Assembly (NCBI GenBank): GCA_900088475.1
Contig: FLMG01000335.1
Coordinates: 1 to 64,000 of the forward strand
DNA: 64,000 nucleotides
Reading direction: 5' to 3'
From: Hyphochytrium catenoides
Lineage: Eukaryota > Protista > Hyphochytriomycota
Within the stretch, counting starts at the first letter, position 1. The number at the start of each line of letters is the position of its first letter. Below the pieces are notes generated by a model. It saw only the letters and a program-made list of their open reading frames with translations. It ran no database searches and was not told the DNA's origin. Both the position numbers and the translations under genes were made by a program. Positions 1-14,999 of this stretch are shown here, in pieces.

Positions 1-161
1 GCTATCATGGTTGTCGGCCCTGCGTTCGCCACGAATGAATGAGCCAGGCATTCAGAGGCGGTTGGCCGTTCCTGATAGTATTCCCAGTGTAAGTGTGAGA
101 ATCAAGGGAGAAATGGCTACATGACCGCCACTTAGAGTCAGACAAAGGAGCAGAGACGTAC

Positions 162-2277
<2,116 letters not shown>

Positions 2278-2324
2278 CTTTACTCTGAGAGCTGATGGCA
2301 GTGAACGAGCCGGAAGAGAGTTCA

Positions 2325-2765
2325 AAGAAAGAGAGAGTAGAGCAAACTGGAGAGGAGAGAGGCAGAAGAATGGGGAGAGAGAAGATGAGGAAGTAGAATA
2401 GAGGCAGGAATGGGTGAGAGATGAGAGAAGAGGAGCAGCTGCGGATGAAAGTCAGACAATCGAGGCGCGGGAGATGGAGTGCGATAGCATCGACCAGCAC
2501 GAGGGAGGGCAGCTTGAGGAAGAAGGAGAATGAAAGACAGAGGAATGAAGAAGGATTCGGCTGTGAAGAGGAACGAAGAGACATCAATCAACTCTTTCTT
2601 TCTCTCCTCCTCTCTCCTTCCCTCTCTGTCTTTTCTGTCTCTCCACCTCTTGTCTCTGTCTCCGTCTCTCTCTCGTTCTCTCTCTTTCTGTTTTCTTATC
2701 TCTCTCGTTTTTTCTCTCTCTCTTCCTCTCTCTCTCGCTGTCTTTGTCGACTCTGTCTCTCTCTT
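2325..2765. repeat. GA-rich then CT-rich low-complexity tract in the kinase/IFT43 divergent region
   Basis: Purine-rich 2325-2580 followed by imperfect (CT)n 2595-2765. A further (CT)n run lies at about 3130-3210. Confidence 0.8.
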
Positions 2766-3376
2766 TGACAACACATATCAGGTAGTAGAGACCTCTGCAA
2801 TATCTCCTTTTACCATATCTATATCTCACTCTGTCTGTACTAACTCTATGCTCTTTCTCCTCCCACATCCCGAAAGCACCAATAACGCCCAGAATAGCCC
2901 AGAATATGTTTACCGGCATATATTAGGGTAGCTAGATCTCCATCTAAGTAATAAAAGCTCCTCAAGCGGAATAGGACTGGAATTCAGGATGGATGGGCAT
3001 GGCAAGATATTCGCCGGGTGGACTGCTTGCGCCGCTTCGTCGGCAGATAGCTTGGGACTGCAGGAACAGACAAGCTGCGGCGGCCTGACGGGCGCATTGT
3101 CAGCAGAGATTTATGAGCTCTGATCAGCTTCCTCTCTCTCTCTTCTCAAAGGATTAGCGTATCCTTTGCCCTAGATCTCTCTCTCTCTTTCTCTCTCTCT
3201 CTTTCTCTGTCGTGACGGTCTCTCTAGATGGAGATCGTCGGTTTAAGGTCATCCAGCTAGTTAGCGAAGGTCTCTGGTTGCTTTGCCACATTCATCGTTT
3301 ATCACAAAGAGGAAGGGTACGGGCGGAAGAAGATTCGTGAAAAGCGAGAAAGAAAGAACTCTCTGGGCTAGGAAAA

Positions 3377-5234
3377 ATGGCCGATGATGTGGATACAGAT
3401 GATCTCTCCAAAGAGGTTAAGCACCCCGAGCGCGTAACAGAGGAACAACACAAGAGACACAGAGACCGGGAGGTGGAGCGCGTCTTTGATGAAGAGGAGA
3501 GACCGGATGCTAAAGGAGACGCCCATAATTCAGAAGAAAAGGATGAGAAGTCCCAGCGCCTCTTGGGAAGACTGGGTATGAAGCTCAAGGTACGGAAGAG
3601 GCGCCAAGCGGACCGCTAAAGGGAACGCATGAAGAGGAGCTTCTCCAAAAAAGAGAGGCGCGGGAAGAGAGAATCCCACCAGAGAAGGGGCATGACAAGC
3701 AAGAAGAACAAGAGAGGGAGAGAGAGGGAGAAGAGGGGGAGAGGGGGAAATGGAGAGGAACCACCAGGAGAAAGATAGGATTGGACAAAGGGAAAGAGAA
3801 GGAAAGTTTGTACAAAGTAGTATTCGACATTAGGGTTAGATCTCACTAGAAGGAGACACAGCATTCGACACCACCCACGCTAGATCAGTCTTGTCTCTCA
3901 GCGAAGGCTTACCCGTCTCCCTCTTCAATGTTACCTAGGGAGGCAGTTCGGGAGAAAAGGACTCCGCCCCGTCTGCTGGAGACAAAAGCTCTAAGAAGGA
4001 TGATGAAGGACGACCGGCGCGGCCAGTTCCTAGCACTGGCTGGGCCGTAAAGGGAGACGCATCCACTGCTGAGGCCAAACCTCAAGGAGATGAGGCTGGA
4101 AATGGCGCCTCCACTCAAAGACGGCGGCGGCGCTCTCTTGAGGCCGAGACAGAGGAAGTGTAAGGCCCATTCTTTCATTCAGCTTTAACTGGGTAATTGG
4201 TGTCTGTCGAAGGACACATTTCGTTCTACATCCGCTTGCCGCTGTCACGTCTGGAGCAGTATACTGTCTATCTTTCCCGTCTAAGTCGTTCTTTTCTCCT
4301 TTGTCTCTGTTTGCTGGCGACCATTATGCTTATAATAGAACTAGTCTTAGTCGTCATAAGGAGGAGGCAGACGAAGTCAAAGGTGAGAGCTGGAGTTAGC
4401 CTCGCTGCAACGACCTCCACCTTTTATTTCTGACCCCGTCGTGGCTCCTGCTTTCCGTCCCCTGGCTCGCACTAGACTTGGCGGCGATTCCTGATCTAGA
4501 AGAAGAGCTGCAAGATGACATCACAACGCAAGGTACGTGAATTTCATCTGCTTTGGTGGCATGTGACCTCCTAAACTATGTACCGGGCTGACGCGCCGTG
4601 TCGTCGTCTAGCTGATCTACGAATCCCTTGTCCGGATATTTGCTTGTTTGTCCGTCTTCTTGGTCTCGTTCCTTTACGTGCTTTCGCTTCTTACGACTGG
4701 GATGTACCGTCTTTTCACTCTTGGTGCCACGTAGTGGCCGCCGCCCCTAGGAACACCGGCAGGAAGCTACCGAGTCTCAATGAGCTGAACCTGGAGATCA
4801 AGTACACGCTACCGAGCAGCACGGTAAGCTGAACTACAACCTGCTGGAGATAGAGTTGGCCCGGTTTGCTAGTGACTAATAGTCTGTCTCTGATCTCTTA
4901 CTGCTACCGTTGATAAACTTACTGGATCTCCTCTGTTACCGCAGCATTCGGGAATAGACCTGAGTCTACTCACCTCTGCCCTAGTTCCACCTACAATGGT
5001 AAGACCAACTATATCTATTTGCTTTCGCATCTCTTCTATGCTTATCATTGAGCGTTCCCATCAAACACATTTCGTTTACCTTCAATTTGCTCTTCCTCTC
5101 AGCTGGACGAAGATGACGGGCCCTGGGAAGTAGAGACATTAATGGCTAGAGTTAGCGCTGAGCTACAGACGGAATTTGAGGACGCGGCTGCGGCTGATGC
5201 CAGCGCTGCCCTGGTCAAGGTTCGCGGCGGCTGA
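3377..5234 (+). CDS. IFT43: Intraflagellar transport protein 43 (IFT-A subunit), 7 exons
   Basis: Mostly missed by the ORF track. Joined exons give DLAAIPDLEEELQDDITTQ|VAAAPRNTGRKLPSLNELNLEIKYTLPSST|HSGIDLSLLTSALVPPTM|LDEDDGPWEVETLMARVSAEL...*, matching the IFT43 IPDLE..VA.P..GIDL.LL..L.P..EDD..W motifs. Phases are consistent. Confidence 0.9.
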
Positions 5235-5435
5235 GTCCACCGGGAGAGATGAGCAACGCAAGAAACTTTTATCTCTCGTCGTATCCATATAGCATCCTTG
5301 CGTCATCAGAGACTAGGCCATAGTCGCTTTACTTCCCCCGCCACTCTGTAAGATCTAATATAAGGCACATCAATAGTTCTCGTCATGAGGAAGTAGCATT
5401 AACCATTTATCTCATATTTTCCCTCTTTGTCTCAG

Positions 5436-8400
5436 TTATACTTTTTTCAGCTCATCCTGCACGAAACTGAAAGCTGAGTCCGAGTCTTTCTGAACGAAGC
5501 TGAATCCACCACTACTCGGGGAAGAGTCAGGGATGGTCTTAGCCAACCCTCCAGGATGCATGCCAGGCCCGTATACCTGTCAGAAATGAGATCGTGTTAG
5601 ATGATTTGCAATGCTCAGATGTGGAGGCCATGGATCAGTGGCCCTCCTGTGGACAAGTATGCGAGAGGCCACGGGAAAGATTGAACTAGAGAAGCACTCA
5701 ACAGCTTGACATCTAGAAACAGGATATAGCAAACGCTAAGAGCTTCAAGAGCGCTTGGTGATGAGGGTGGTTTTACCTGCGGAGGAGGAAGTGGTGGTCC
5801 CCTTGGCATGGCAGAGAAGCTATTACTTCGCTGCTGGTACTGTGCCATCTGCATCTGCTGCATCATCATTTGCTGTTGCATCATCATCTGCAAGGAGAAA
5901 AGAACGAGACCACCATGATTAGAGCCAACAGAGAGACTTTCCTACTCCTTCACCACCACGACTTGAGCGGCTGATGTAGAGACAGTGCCTGTAACCCCCT
6001 TTGGCTCTACACCATTAACCCTACCTGAGGTGTCATCCCAGGAGTCATCATCATCGGTGGCATCATAGGTGCAACCCCTGGTACTCCTCCCATCATCATA
6101 GGCATAGGTTGGTTAACAGATGGGGGCGTGGGCATTGGGTCGAGGAGAGGATCAAAGTTCATCCTTGTTTCTGGCTTGGCCTGCATGTGAGAGAAGTAAG
6201 ATTACGATGTGATAGGGAACAAAAGCATCATCGCCTGAGACAAAAAGAGAGGTCAAACTAGAGGAGGCAAGGAATTAATTTAGGACTAGGCAAGAAGAAA
6301 AGGCTTTGAGCTTAGCAACTAACCTCCGCCTGAGGGGGTGCTGAGCTGGTGCCGCCTACGCTAAGACCACCAAACATTGAGGCCGCCTCGGTCACATCTT
6401 GGGCCGCGTCGCCTGCCCTTACTGATCCACTATCAGGCATCGCAGCAGGTGCCCCAACTACGACTCCTCCCGGCTGCATGCCATCAAACAGGGTTGTGGA
6501 TGGTGTGGAAGCAGCCTTCGGAGAATTCCAACCACCTAACAGGTCAACCTCTGCACTTGCCGATCCCGTCAATGCGCCCCTTCCGTTTTGAGAGGGGCCA
6601 GGCTGGGGAGGGCTTCCTATTGATAGGGTTTTCGCATCAGTAGGTACCAAAAGCGTGCTATCAGGATATAAAGAACGAGTCTCGACTCTAGTGGAGAAGC
6701 TCAAAAGATAAACAAGTAGGAAGGATAGACTAAGATTCCAAAAACAAAGGCTCTCCAATTGGCACCCCAACATGTTATCAGCGTCAAGGGTTGCTAGGGG
6801 CAAGGAACTGGGGCTACTTCCGGACACGAAAGAGTCTGAAATAGACCCAGATCAAGCGGTCTGCAGAAGAAGGGTAACTTACCGCCTGTATGCGCAGATA
6901 AGTCAATATCTAACAGCTTCAATACTTTGACTGCTCTGTCGTGAACAGCGGCCTTGTTGTCGCTAGTCAACGATTCAATCTCTTGATAGTTTTCTGAGAA
7001 GTAAGCAAAAAACTCATCACAGCCTGGAGCCTTGAGTAGAGCTTCAACCACCGACAGGGCCTTGGATTTCACCTGTGATAGTAGGGCACGACATATCAGA
7101 TCATCAACTTCGAATTCCGCCTACACCACTTGTGCCGCCTTTATGACACCGTTTTGTGACCACAGGTTCTCCATTTGCATTTGTAAGGTATCTCACGTCC
7201 ATGGACTCTCAGCATTCTATCTCCCATGTCTATTTACCTGCCATGCGTCGTCCCTTAGCTTATCTTCCAATATTGGTCCAACAATGTCCGGATCTAGCGT
7301 ACTGGCACTTTTAATAAAAGAGTCTAACTGATCCCTCGGTGGAGTTGGTCTCATGCCCGCACTGGTGCAAAGAGAGTCTATCATGTTGCGCTCATAGGCG
7401 CTTTATGAGGATCGATGCAAATGTGAAGAGAGGAGGTTCCCGCAGTATCCAGTCAGTCCATGACGATTTTTCATTACGACAAGAGCGCAATCGACAGTCA
7501 TGAGAGAGGCAACCCAGGGGTACCGGGTACAAGTAAGGATGTATAGATTGATAAGAGGAGTTAGCTCCAGTGCTTCGGTGCTCATCAGTTGGAAGTCATA
7601 CCCGTCACTCGCTGCTCCGGACGTCTTTCCCAGCTGTCTAGCGCTTCCCGTCACTGGTGGTGCCTCCTCCTCAGAGCCAGAGTCATCTGCAGGAGCTTCC
7701 ACAGCACCTCTGCTACCCCTATTAGGACCACTGATATGATCAATAAAGAAAGCAGCCAAGCAACTGGTCAGAAGAACTTTAAGCTAATGAGGACAGCGCA
7801 GCAAAGTCCCAGCTCCTGAATAACAGGATTAGGTAGGCAGATCGGGGCCTTGTGGAATATAGCTCTTAGTCTGCAGTGATGAAGAAGGTTCTGAAGGTGG
7901 TAGCATACGATACAGCAGATTTGATGAGCAGACAAAGCACGCGGGCTGTGTGCACCACAAGACGAGACAGGGAAAAACTGTTTGAGTATGTGCAGAACGA
8001 GCAGCAGGTAACAGCTAAATAAACGGTACGCTGACCGTGAAGTTCGCTCGTTCTGGGATGACATCGTTGGTGCGTCACCCCATGCTCCACCCACTTGACC
8101 CCGTCTCCTGGGGCCAGCTGCAAAGAGGTGATGGCTTAGTAGTGAGTCAGCCTAGCTATCTGAAATTGTGCATGTAGTTACCTCCCGCCCTCTCTTTTAA
8201 CCGCTCTAGTTCTCGGCCTCTGTCAGCGTCATTCCGCCCCCAAGGCCCTGTTGGCGGGGCATTGGCCCCATGGCCTCCAGCGTAGGCTTCGTTAGGGTTG
8301 TAAGACCCTACACAAGAAAAACGGAACAAATTGTTTCAATTGGAGTCATAGAGAACAACTGTGCTATACCATGACACCCTTTGAGATATACCCATACTTA

Positions 8401-10210
8401 GATCCGTATACGCTCTCGTGAGTTCCACATGCTGGTATGCCCTTTGCCAGCCGTGGGGTGCCTCATCACCCCTCAAAGAGTTCCATATGCTATCTTACCA
8501 GAACTATATGCCGTGGGGCCCCTATTCGTTGCATAGGACCCCCATGCAGGGTTCCCACCTCCCATGGGAGGCCCCGCTGGCCTCTCTTCCTTCTTCGAGA
8601 GCTTGCTAGCAATGACTCCTGTGATGGCACCTCCTACCCCTTTCACTTTGTCTGCTACACTTGACACAATCCCGGTCCCCTTCTCCTCTGCATCAGAGCG
8701 CGAAGAATGTGAGTCTCGCATGTACTTCCAAGGACAAGGAGGCCGCAGCGAATACATTTATATGAAGGTGCCGTCAACGAAGGTAAACGCCAACAGAGGG
8801 GTAATGTCCGGCGACACGAGTTCTAGGAGGTGCCAATTCAGGCCAGAGAAGGCGCTTGAAATAATTTCAAGTCCTTGCCATCGCCTAGGAGAGAGAGCGC
8901 TTTGCTCACCCTGGCGTGGATCCGAGAAGGCTGGATTCCCTATTCCCTGAAACTTTCCTCCAAAGCCTCCTGGAGCTCCTCCGTATCCTCCTCCTCCTCC
9001 TCCGCCGTAACTTGTTGGCGGTGGCGGACCTCCTCCGTAAGATGATGACGGCGGTGCGCCGTACGGCGCAGGAGTTGCTCCTGCCTGTCCATACTGGGAT
9101 CCATAGGACGAGGAGCCACCATAGGGGTTAGGCTCATAACCTCCGCTGCTGGAGGGACCATATGGGTTGGATGGAGCTGCCAGTTGCCATGGGGGCGAAC
9201 ATGAAGGTCACGGATCCCATCATAGAGACGAAGGAATTGTAAAGAGAGGAATCATTGATGAAGAACTTGGTCTATGAAGTCCGGATAAGAACAAGGACTA
9301 CTAGGTCGAGAATGGTTGTCACAACTTGTGATCATTACAAGGGCGAGAAAAGCCAGGTAGGGAGAAACAGAGACAACTAGAAGGTCTTGGTTGCACGAAC
9401 CAGAGCTAGCCCCATAGGCACCGCCAGGGGCTCCCCCGTAGCCACCGTAGGAAGAAGCGGACGGTGGTGCAGAGGAACCTCCCCCGCCCATTGTCCCTGC
9501 CCCTACACCCTGGATTCTACCCGATAAATTTGACTGGTACTGTGGGTTGGTGTCATAGATGGCCTCCAACGCCTCCTTGGCAGCTTCCCGAACCTTTCGG
9601 TAAGGCTCATCACCGTGTAGCTGGTCAGGAGGCCCCTTGAAGCCTGAACGGCGGAAAGCACGAGGCAAGATTTCGACGAAATGAGCAGGAGGCGAAAGGA
9701 GTGCTGGAGGTCGCTGTGGCTTATAGAAGATGGAAGACGAGCCAGAACTGGTGTCTACCTAGGCATTCCTTGATCTCAGCTGTGTGCTTCTGCATATCGC
9801 GCTTGAACTCAGCGCGGCCCTCCCTTGCAACATGCTAGACAGGACCCAGGCCAGCAAAAGAAATAGGACAAGATGGCACGTTAGAGTATCAGAAGCTTCG
9901 TCGTTATAGCAACTCCACTTTCTGCTCTCATTACTCTTCTAGTACCTTGATAATGAGTAGAGTCTTTAGCTTGACGTTGTGATTTTTCTTTTTGAGTCGT
10001 GCCACGAGAAACTCTGTCATTTTCTGGCAAGTGTCATAGCTGTGATTGGACATCCCTATGTAAGATGAAGACATATCGCAGGTTAGAGAAGGTAACAATG
10101 CAGGTTTAGACACCACAAGCCGATTACGCACGTGAGATCTCCTGGTACAGATAGCCTGGTGTGGGAGCATCGTCCGTAGATGTTGCTCTGTTGAGCAGAT
10201 TTTTGTCCAT
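5436..10210 (-). CDS. TEPSIN: Tepsin, AP-4 accessory protein (ENTH + VHS-like domains)
   Basis: N-terminus MDKNLLNRATSTDDAPTPGYLYQEI...LVARLKKKNHNVKLKTLLIIK|HVAREGRAEFKR...FKGPPDQLHGDEPYRKVREAAKEAL is the tepsin-type ENTH domain. A second helical domain follows (YERNMIDSLC...W-QVKSKALSVVEAL). C-terminus is SAFSFVQDELKKV*. Confidence 0.9.
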
Positions 10211-11005
10211 GGTGACCGAATTCCTTAGGCCAGTGCCCCCCTCCAAGGGACAAGCTAACGTGTATCGGTTACTCTTCGATGTCTACATACACCAGGAAGC
10301 GGTGACAACTGAGTTTGGCGTGACCAAGGGGAGAGAAGCTTAGAAAAGCGACATCCCGAATGAACAGGGAACGCGGAGCGACAATGCCTACCGGCGCTCT
10401 AAAATCTGAGAGCAGGAGCGTCTGCGAGCGAACCTCCGGCTCCAACCCGGCCTACAGTTCTATCCCTTCCCGTCAGATTCTAGTCCTGCCAGCTCTAAAG
10501 CAAGGGTGCACAGTGGTTTCCTCGCTTGTCAGCTGCTTGCCTTGTCCTCACCGTCACGCTTGGCACTCTCCTCCTACCCCTCAGCGAGCTATGCTGGTCA
10601 TCAGGACCTCATCTGAGCGATGTGCCCGGCATCTGGCCCGTCTCTTCTCAATTTTGGAGCTTTTTTTGACAGAGACTCAACCGCACCAAAGCGTGACTAT
10701 TATTGTAGATGACTGTGAAACTACATGAGAGAGAGGAGCGAACCCATATTATTACTTCAGGATATTCCTCTTTGCAGGTGGCCAAAGGACAAACAGCTGG
10801 GACCTTCATTATCATCATCTGCCGTCTTCAGCCTTGGACTTTCCCATCATTGCCTGACTCCTGACACCTGTGCTTCCTAAGGAGAATGTGCTGATGCCAC
10901 TACTCTAGGCTGGAAGGGGCACAATGACTTTAAACCTACGACGGAAGGGGATTAACTCACAGTCGAGGAGAGAGCTGGTGGACAGAGAAGGCATCCTTCG
11001 CTTGG

Positions 11006-11034
11006 NNNNNNNNNNNNNNNNNNNNNNNNNNNNN
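11006..11034. other. Assembly gap (29 N)
   Basis: Run of n characters. Confidence 1.
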
Positions 11035-11218
11035 AGGTGCCGTCCTTATTAATGTCGGAGCATGGTCCTCCTGACGCCACAGAGCTGTGACGGGATAACA
11101 CTTGCTGATGCCACAGAGAATGTGACGACATAAGCTGACATGGACTTGGGTTACATTCCCTCATATGAATGTTCAAGCAAGAAGGGTCCTCCCAGGTCGA
11201 GAGACCAACCGGCACCTC

Positions 11219-12353
11219 CTACTCTCCGAATTGGTACAGACATGAAGGCGCAATCTGACAAGAAAATCCGCATAAGGCAGTGCCGTAGCGCTGAAACTGG
11301 GAGAGGCTCACCTTATTATCAACAAAAGTGACTCCTTCGTCGAGCAGCAACTTTCGTTTCTTGCTGATTCTAAAGTCAGAGCCATCCCAGGTGCCTGCAG
11401 CATCCGCTTTTAGGAGGTTAAAGGAGCCTGGCAGGGAGCAACCTCAAACCGCCAGACTAGATACTGCCTACACCATTATGTTCTGGCGATCGCACCTTGA
11501 AAGCCCCCAATCGCCAGGTCAGCGCTGACAACGCGGTGACAGGGAATCATGGGTGCAAAGGGGTTGCGCTGTGGACCGCGACGACAGAGAACGGGGGCGA
11601 CGGGAACCGTGGACCCGAGCGATTAGGTTCCAGAAGAGTAGGCCCAGTTAAAGAAAGTATAGCCCAAACATTTAATGCGAGGCCTAGCAAGGTGTAGGCA
11701 GACTCTCAAGACACCATACCGAGAACCAGAATGACCCGAGAAGAACGCAAAGAGCGACATTACTTCTTTAAATTCAAAACACAGTGCACTATGAGGGAAG
11801 TCAACAAGGTGAAAGAGAGCTAAGGACCTTTAAAGCTTGTCCCACTCCTCGAGGGGATGACTTGATCTTCTTGGCTATGGCTCCGTACGTGGTAACTTTC
11901 CCTCTTGGAACCTGCCACGACCTTAGCGACACAGCTCATAGGCCTCAAAAAGGAGAGTATTCGGTACCTGGTAGATAAGCTCATACACCTTTCTTTCTGT
12001 GCAACAATGCCACGAGGAGATAAAAGAGGGATGAGGAAGAGGAAAGAGAGTGAGAGGATAGTAGGAAGAGATCGTAAAGGTAGCATCGTGGAGGGTAAGC
12101 CGTGCTCACCGTGAGTCGTCACCTCTCTCTTGACATTTGTAAGCAGCTCAGGCACAAGCTGCTCCAGGGTGGAAGAGCTGACTTTTACCTTCTTCATCGG
12201 ATGGGGAAGGGAGCCGTCCCCAGTCTCGCAGCCTCTCCTCTCCAGTGCCTCGTCTGGCACTTGGACAGAAGATACTGCTTTCGCCTGCAGCCCTTCCCCG
12301 TCACAGAGCTTTGATCTATCTTCGCTCGCAGCCTTTCTGCTGCGTGGCCTCAT
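11219..12353 (-). CDS. MGMT: O6-methylguanine-DNA--protein-cysteine methyltransferase, 6 exons
   Basis: Conserved exons are not shown by the ORF track. Joined: ...VTTH|ERKVYELIYQ|VPRGKVTTYGAIAKKIKSSPRGVGQALK|RNPFAPMIPCHRVVSADLAIGGFQ|GTWDG...KKRKLLLDEGV...|IAPSCLYQFGE*. HTH and PCHR active site (about 11533-11544) are present. Confidence 0.93.
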
Positions 12354-12474
12354 GGTTGGTGAGACGTAAGTTGTAAGAGGGTCTTGGAAGATAGAGTTGT
12401 GATTATTCTGCAAATGTTTGTCATTTCTTCTTCTTCAGGAAGTGGGAGCTACCAGGCCTTACGCTCTCTCACTC

Positions 12475-12551
12475 CTCGCTCTCTCTTTCCACCTATACCT
12501 CATGTCTCTCTCTCTCTTTATCTGTCACTGTCTCTGTCCTCTCTGCTCCAT

Positions 12552-12582
<31 letters not shown>

Positions 12583-12695
12583 GTGCCTCTTCTTTCTGCT
12601 CTCACCTACTCACTCTCTGCCCTCTCTCTCTCTCTCTCTTCTCTTCTCCTCCCTCTTCCTTCTCTCTCTCCCCTTTCCTGTCTCTTCTTCTCTCT
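12475..12695. repeat. Imperfect (CT)n tract at the 5' end of PIG-X
   Basis: About 220 bp of CT-rich sequence ending in ttgcag, which looks like an acceptor. Confidence 0.85.
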
Positions 12696-14762
12696 TGCAG
12701 GTTCTTCACTCGCTCCTCGATCTTTCCCTCCAGAACCAGTTCGCAGTAGTCTCCCGCCAAAGATAGCCGTTAACCGCAGCGCGGAAGTTAGAGTTCAACT
12801 GGCAGAAGTTGTACAACAAGTTCCTTTGGAGGTTTATCGGCGAGGGAGAAGAGGCAGATCTTCAGATGTTGGAGCTCAATCGTGGATGGCGCTTGACATT
12901 GTCTTAAACATTTCAGCTGTGGCTTCGTCTCAGCTTGCCTGGCAGTAAGGGTGCCTCCCTAGTATTCAGTCAATTCTCTATGTTTCTCCTCCTTCAGTCC
13001 TTGAGTTGTAGCTTCGGGGCTCTTGATCACCCTCAGCAAAGTCGTCTGTCACTCTTGGAACGTCGGTCGTAAAGCCATTATTAGTCCTGGCATTCTAGAA
13101 GCGCTGCACTCTGCCTTTGACCCAGTCGCTTTCTCCTAAGACTGGGTGGGATGTCATCATGACAGACCAGCTCAGACAGGACTCTTTGGAGTCATATTCA
13201 CTTACCCTGGAGGTGCAAGGGACAGGTAATATAGGACAGTTCCTGGCACAACTCCTTTGATCGAGTGTCTCTATTTTGTCCTCTCCGTGTCTTACCTTCT
13301 AACCTCACAGGCAACATTTCTTTCCCATCTCTTGGCATTCCTTGTCTACAGGGTTCCACCGCAGACTCCGCCTCAAGGCGGATTATCTTGTTCCAAGGGC
13401 TGATCCGGCTTCCAACTGCACCGTCTTAATAACTCAGAATATTTCGAGCTCCATCTACGCAGACCTTGATGAACTTAAGGTGAGCTGATTGAAGGAGACC
13501 AAACTTTTTCTCTTCATCCAAAGTACACGTTTACCTCTGAGTCCTGCTTCCGTTTTTCAAAAGTCCAAGGAAACCATTCTCCATTACGACGTTCCTCTTC
13601 TTCCGTACGCCCTGGTCCGCCGTGCAGTCTAGATTCCTTCTTCAAAGCTTTAGCTGATCCTCAAACAAGCAACTAGAGAGATTCGGTGGTCCTCGCGTCG
13701 TTGGAGTCTCCCCCGGTCCCGTCATAGATGTCGAGAAGCCTGAGTTTGAGTCACAGGAGCATTTGCTGGCCCTCTTTTTTACAAAGAGACTGATAAGCAG
13801 GTAGCTCACTTGCCCGGCACATTAGATCGATAGGTCCTCTGAAATTATTCTCTTAACTTGATTCGGGCCTATCTTGACTCCCTTATCTACCTCTCCTCCT
13901 AGACCCCGAAATTCCTTTGCCCGATGTCTCATTGGGCTACTCTATCCTCACTGCGTCTACCTAAAGAATAACTTTCGCGATGAACTGGTGCTTGTAGGAA
14001 GCTTGAGTTCGACATTTCGTATCCCGTACACCTGAGATACAGAGCACCAGCGGAAGAGAAGTTCTCAAGGGCCAGACTGCCCACGCCTGAGGTCTTCATA
14101 GCCTGCGAAAGTTCCGCTGGTCAGTATCTACTTCCATCGCTAAATTGGCACAATTTTGTAACATCCCCTTGTCACGTGTCTCGTTTTTGAAGCATCTGTG
14201 TCTTTCCGTCTCGCTCGCTGAGCGGCTTTCTGAGTTTATGATAACCAATCTTGTCCCATAAAACCGTGCCCAGTGGCCGAACTAGATACATTGAGGACTG
14301 TAGAGGCTAGGGGACTTGAAAGCTGGTTAAAGCAGGTGCGGGCTTCAGTTAACGAGCTCTTTCAGCTTCTCGAGGCTGCAGTTTACCTCAGGCAGCACAC
14401 TAACTCACCGCTTTCAATGGCCTATACATCTTATCGCGGTTCCGCTCCAGAGATCACAGGCCCCAACAGGGACTTGGCAAGGGTAAGTAGGTGGAGACCA
14501 TTTGTTGCAAGACGCTACAGCTCTCCGCCTTCTTCGGTCCTTTTGCGGCAATATGAAAACACCTTTTTCGGTCTATAGGTTGCTTCTAAATGTCACTGAA
14601 GAAGCATTGGCTCTTCCGGTGCCAGTTGGCAGTGCTCTGGATTCAACTCACGTGTGCTGGGTAACGAATATTGTGACCCTACTATCCGCGTGGTACTTGC
14701 TACTAGTCATGAGCAGGAAGTCTGAGGAAAGTCGTCGAAGGCGAGGCACAAAACTCCAGTAG
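12502..14762 (+). CDS. PIGX: PIG-X/PBN1, GPI mannosyltransferase I accessory subunit (start codon uncertain)
   Basis: Exons encode GFHRRL...CTVLITQNISSSIYADLDELK, IDVEKPEFES, YPVHLRYRAP and a C-terminal LPVPVGSALDSTHVCWVTNIVTLLSAWYLLLVM TM segment. These match the PIG-X motifs GFHR, Y.D..EL, D.E.P, P.H.RY..P and VPVG+TM. Confidence 0.82.
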
Positions 14763-14999
14763 CAGTCTTGCGGTCGTGTCTGCTATCTCGACCCGGAGGG
14801 CTTCTGAGGGAAAGATTTAGAAAAAATCCTGTTCCTTCGACACCAGGGTCACGTTTAGCCGCAGCTCGTTAGCCCCACATCTGCTGGCTTCGTCAAGGGA
14901 TGGACTGTTCGGTGGAGCCTCAGATGTAGGTTAATCTCAGCTGTTGAGATAAAGAAAAGTTGATTAAACTGCAGCTGAGGCCTGTTAGTTCTCTAATTC

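Noticed and set aside
3159-3167. Other GTATCCTT(T) words (3159, 22657, 38951)
   Set aside because: No downstream CCTTAAC branch site or exon context, so not supportable as U12 introns.
10360-10880. 122-aa + strand ORF beside the assembly gap
   Set aside because: No recognisable motif or consistent exon chain.
11820-12170. F-box-like reading LEQLVPELL...YRILSFL in the 197-aa ORF
   Set aside because: No splice phase joins the two parts. The region is fully explained by MGMT exons in other frames.
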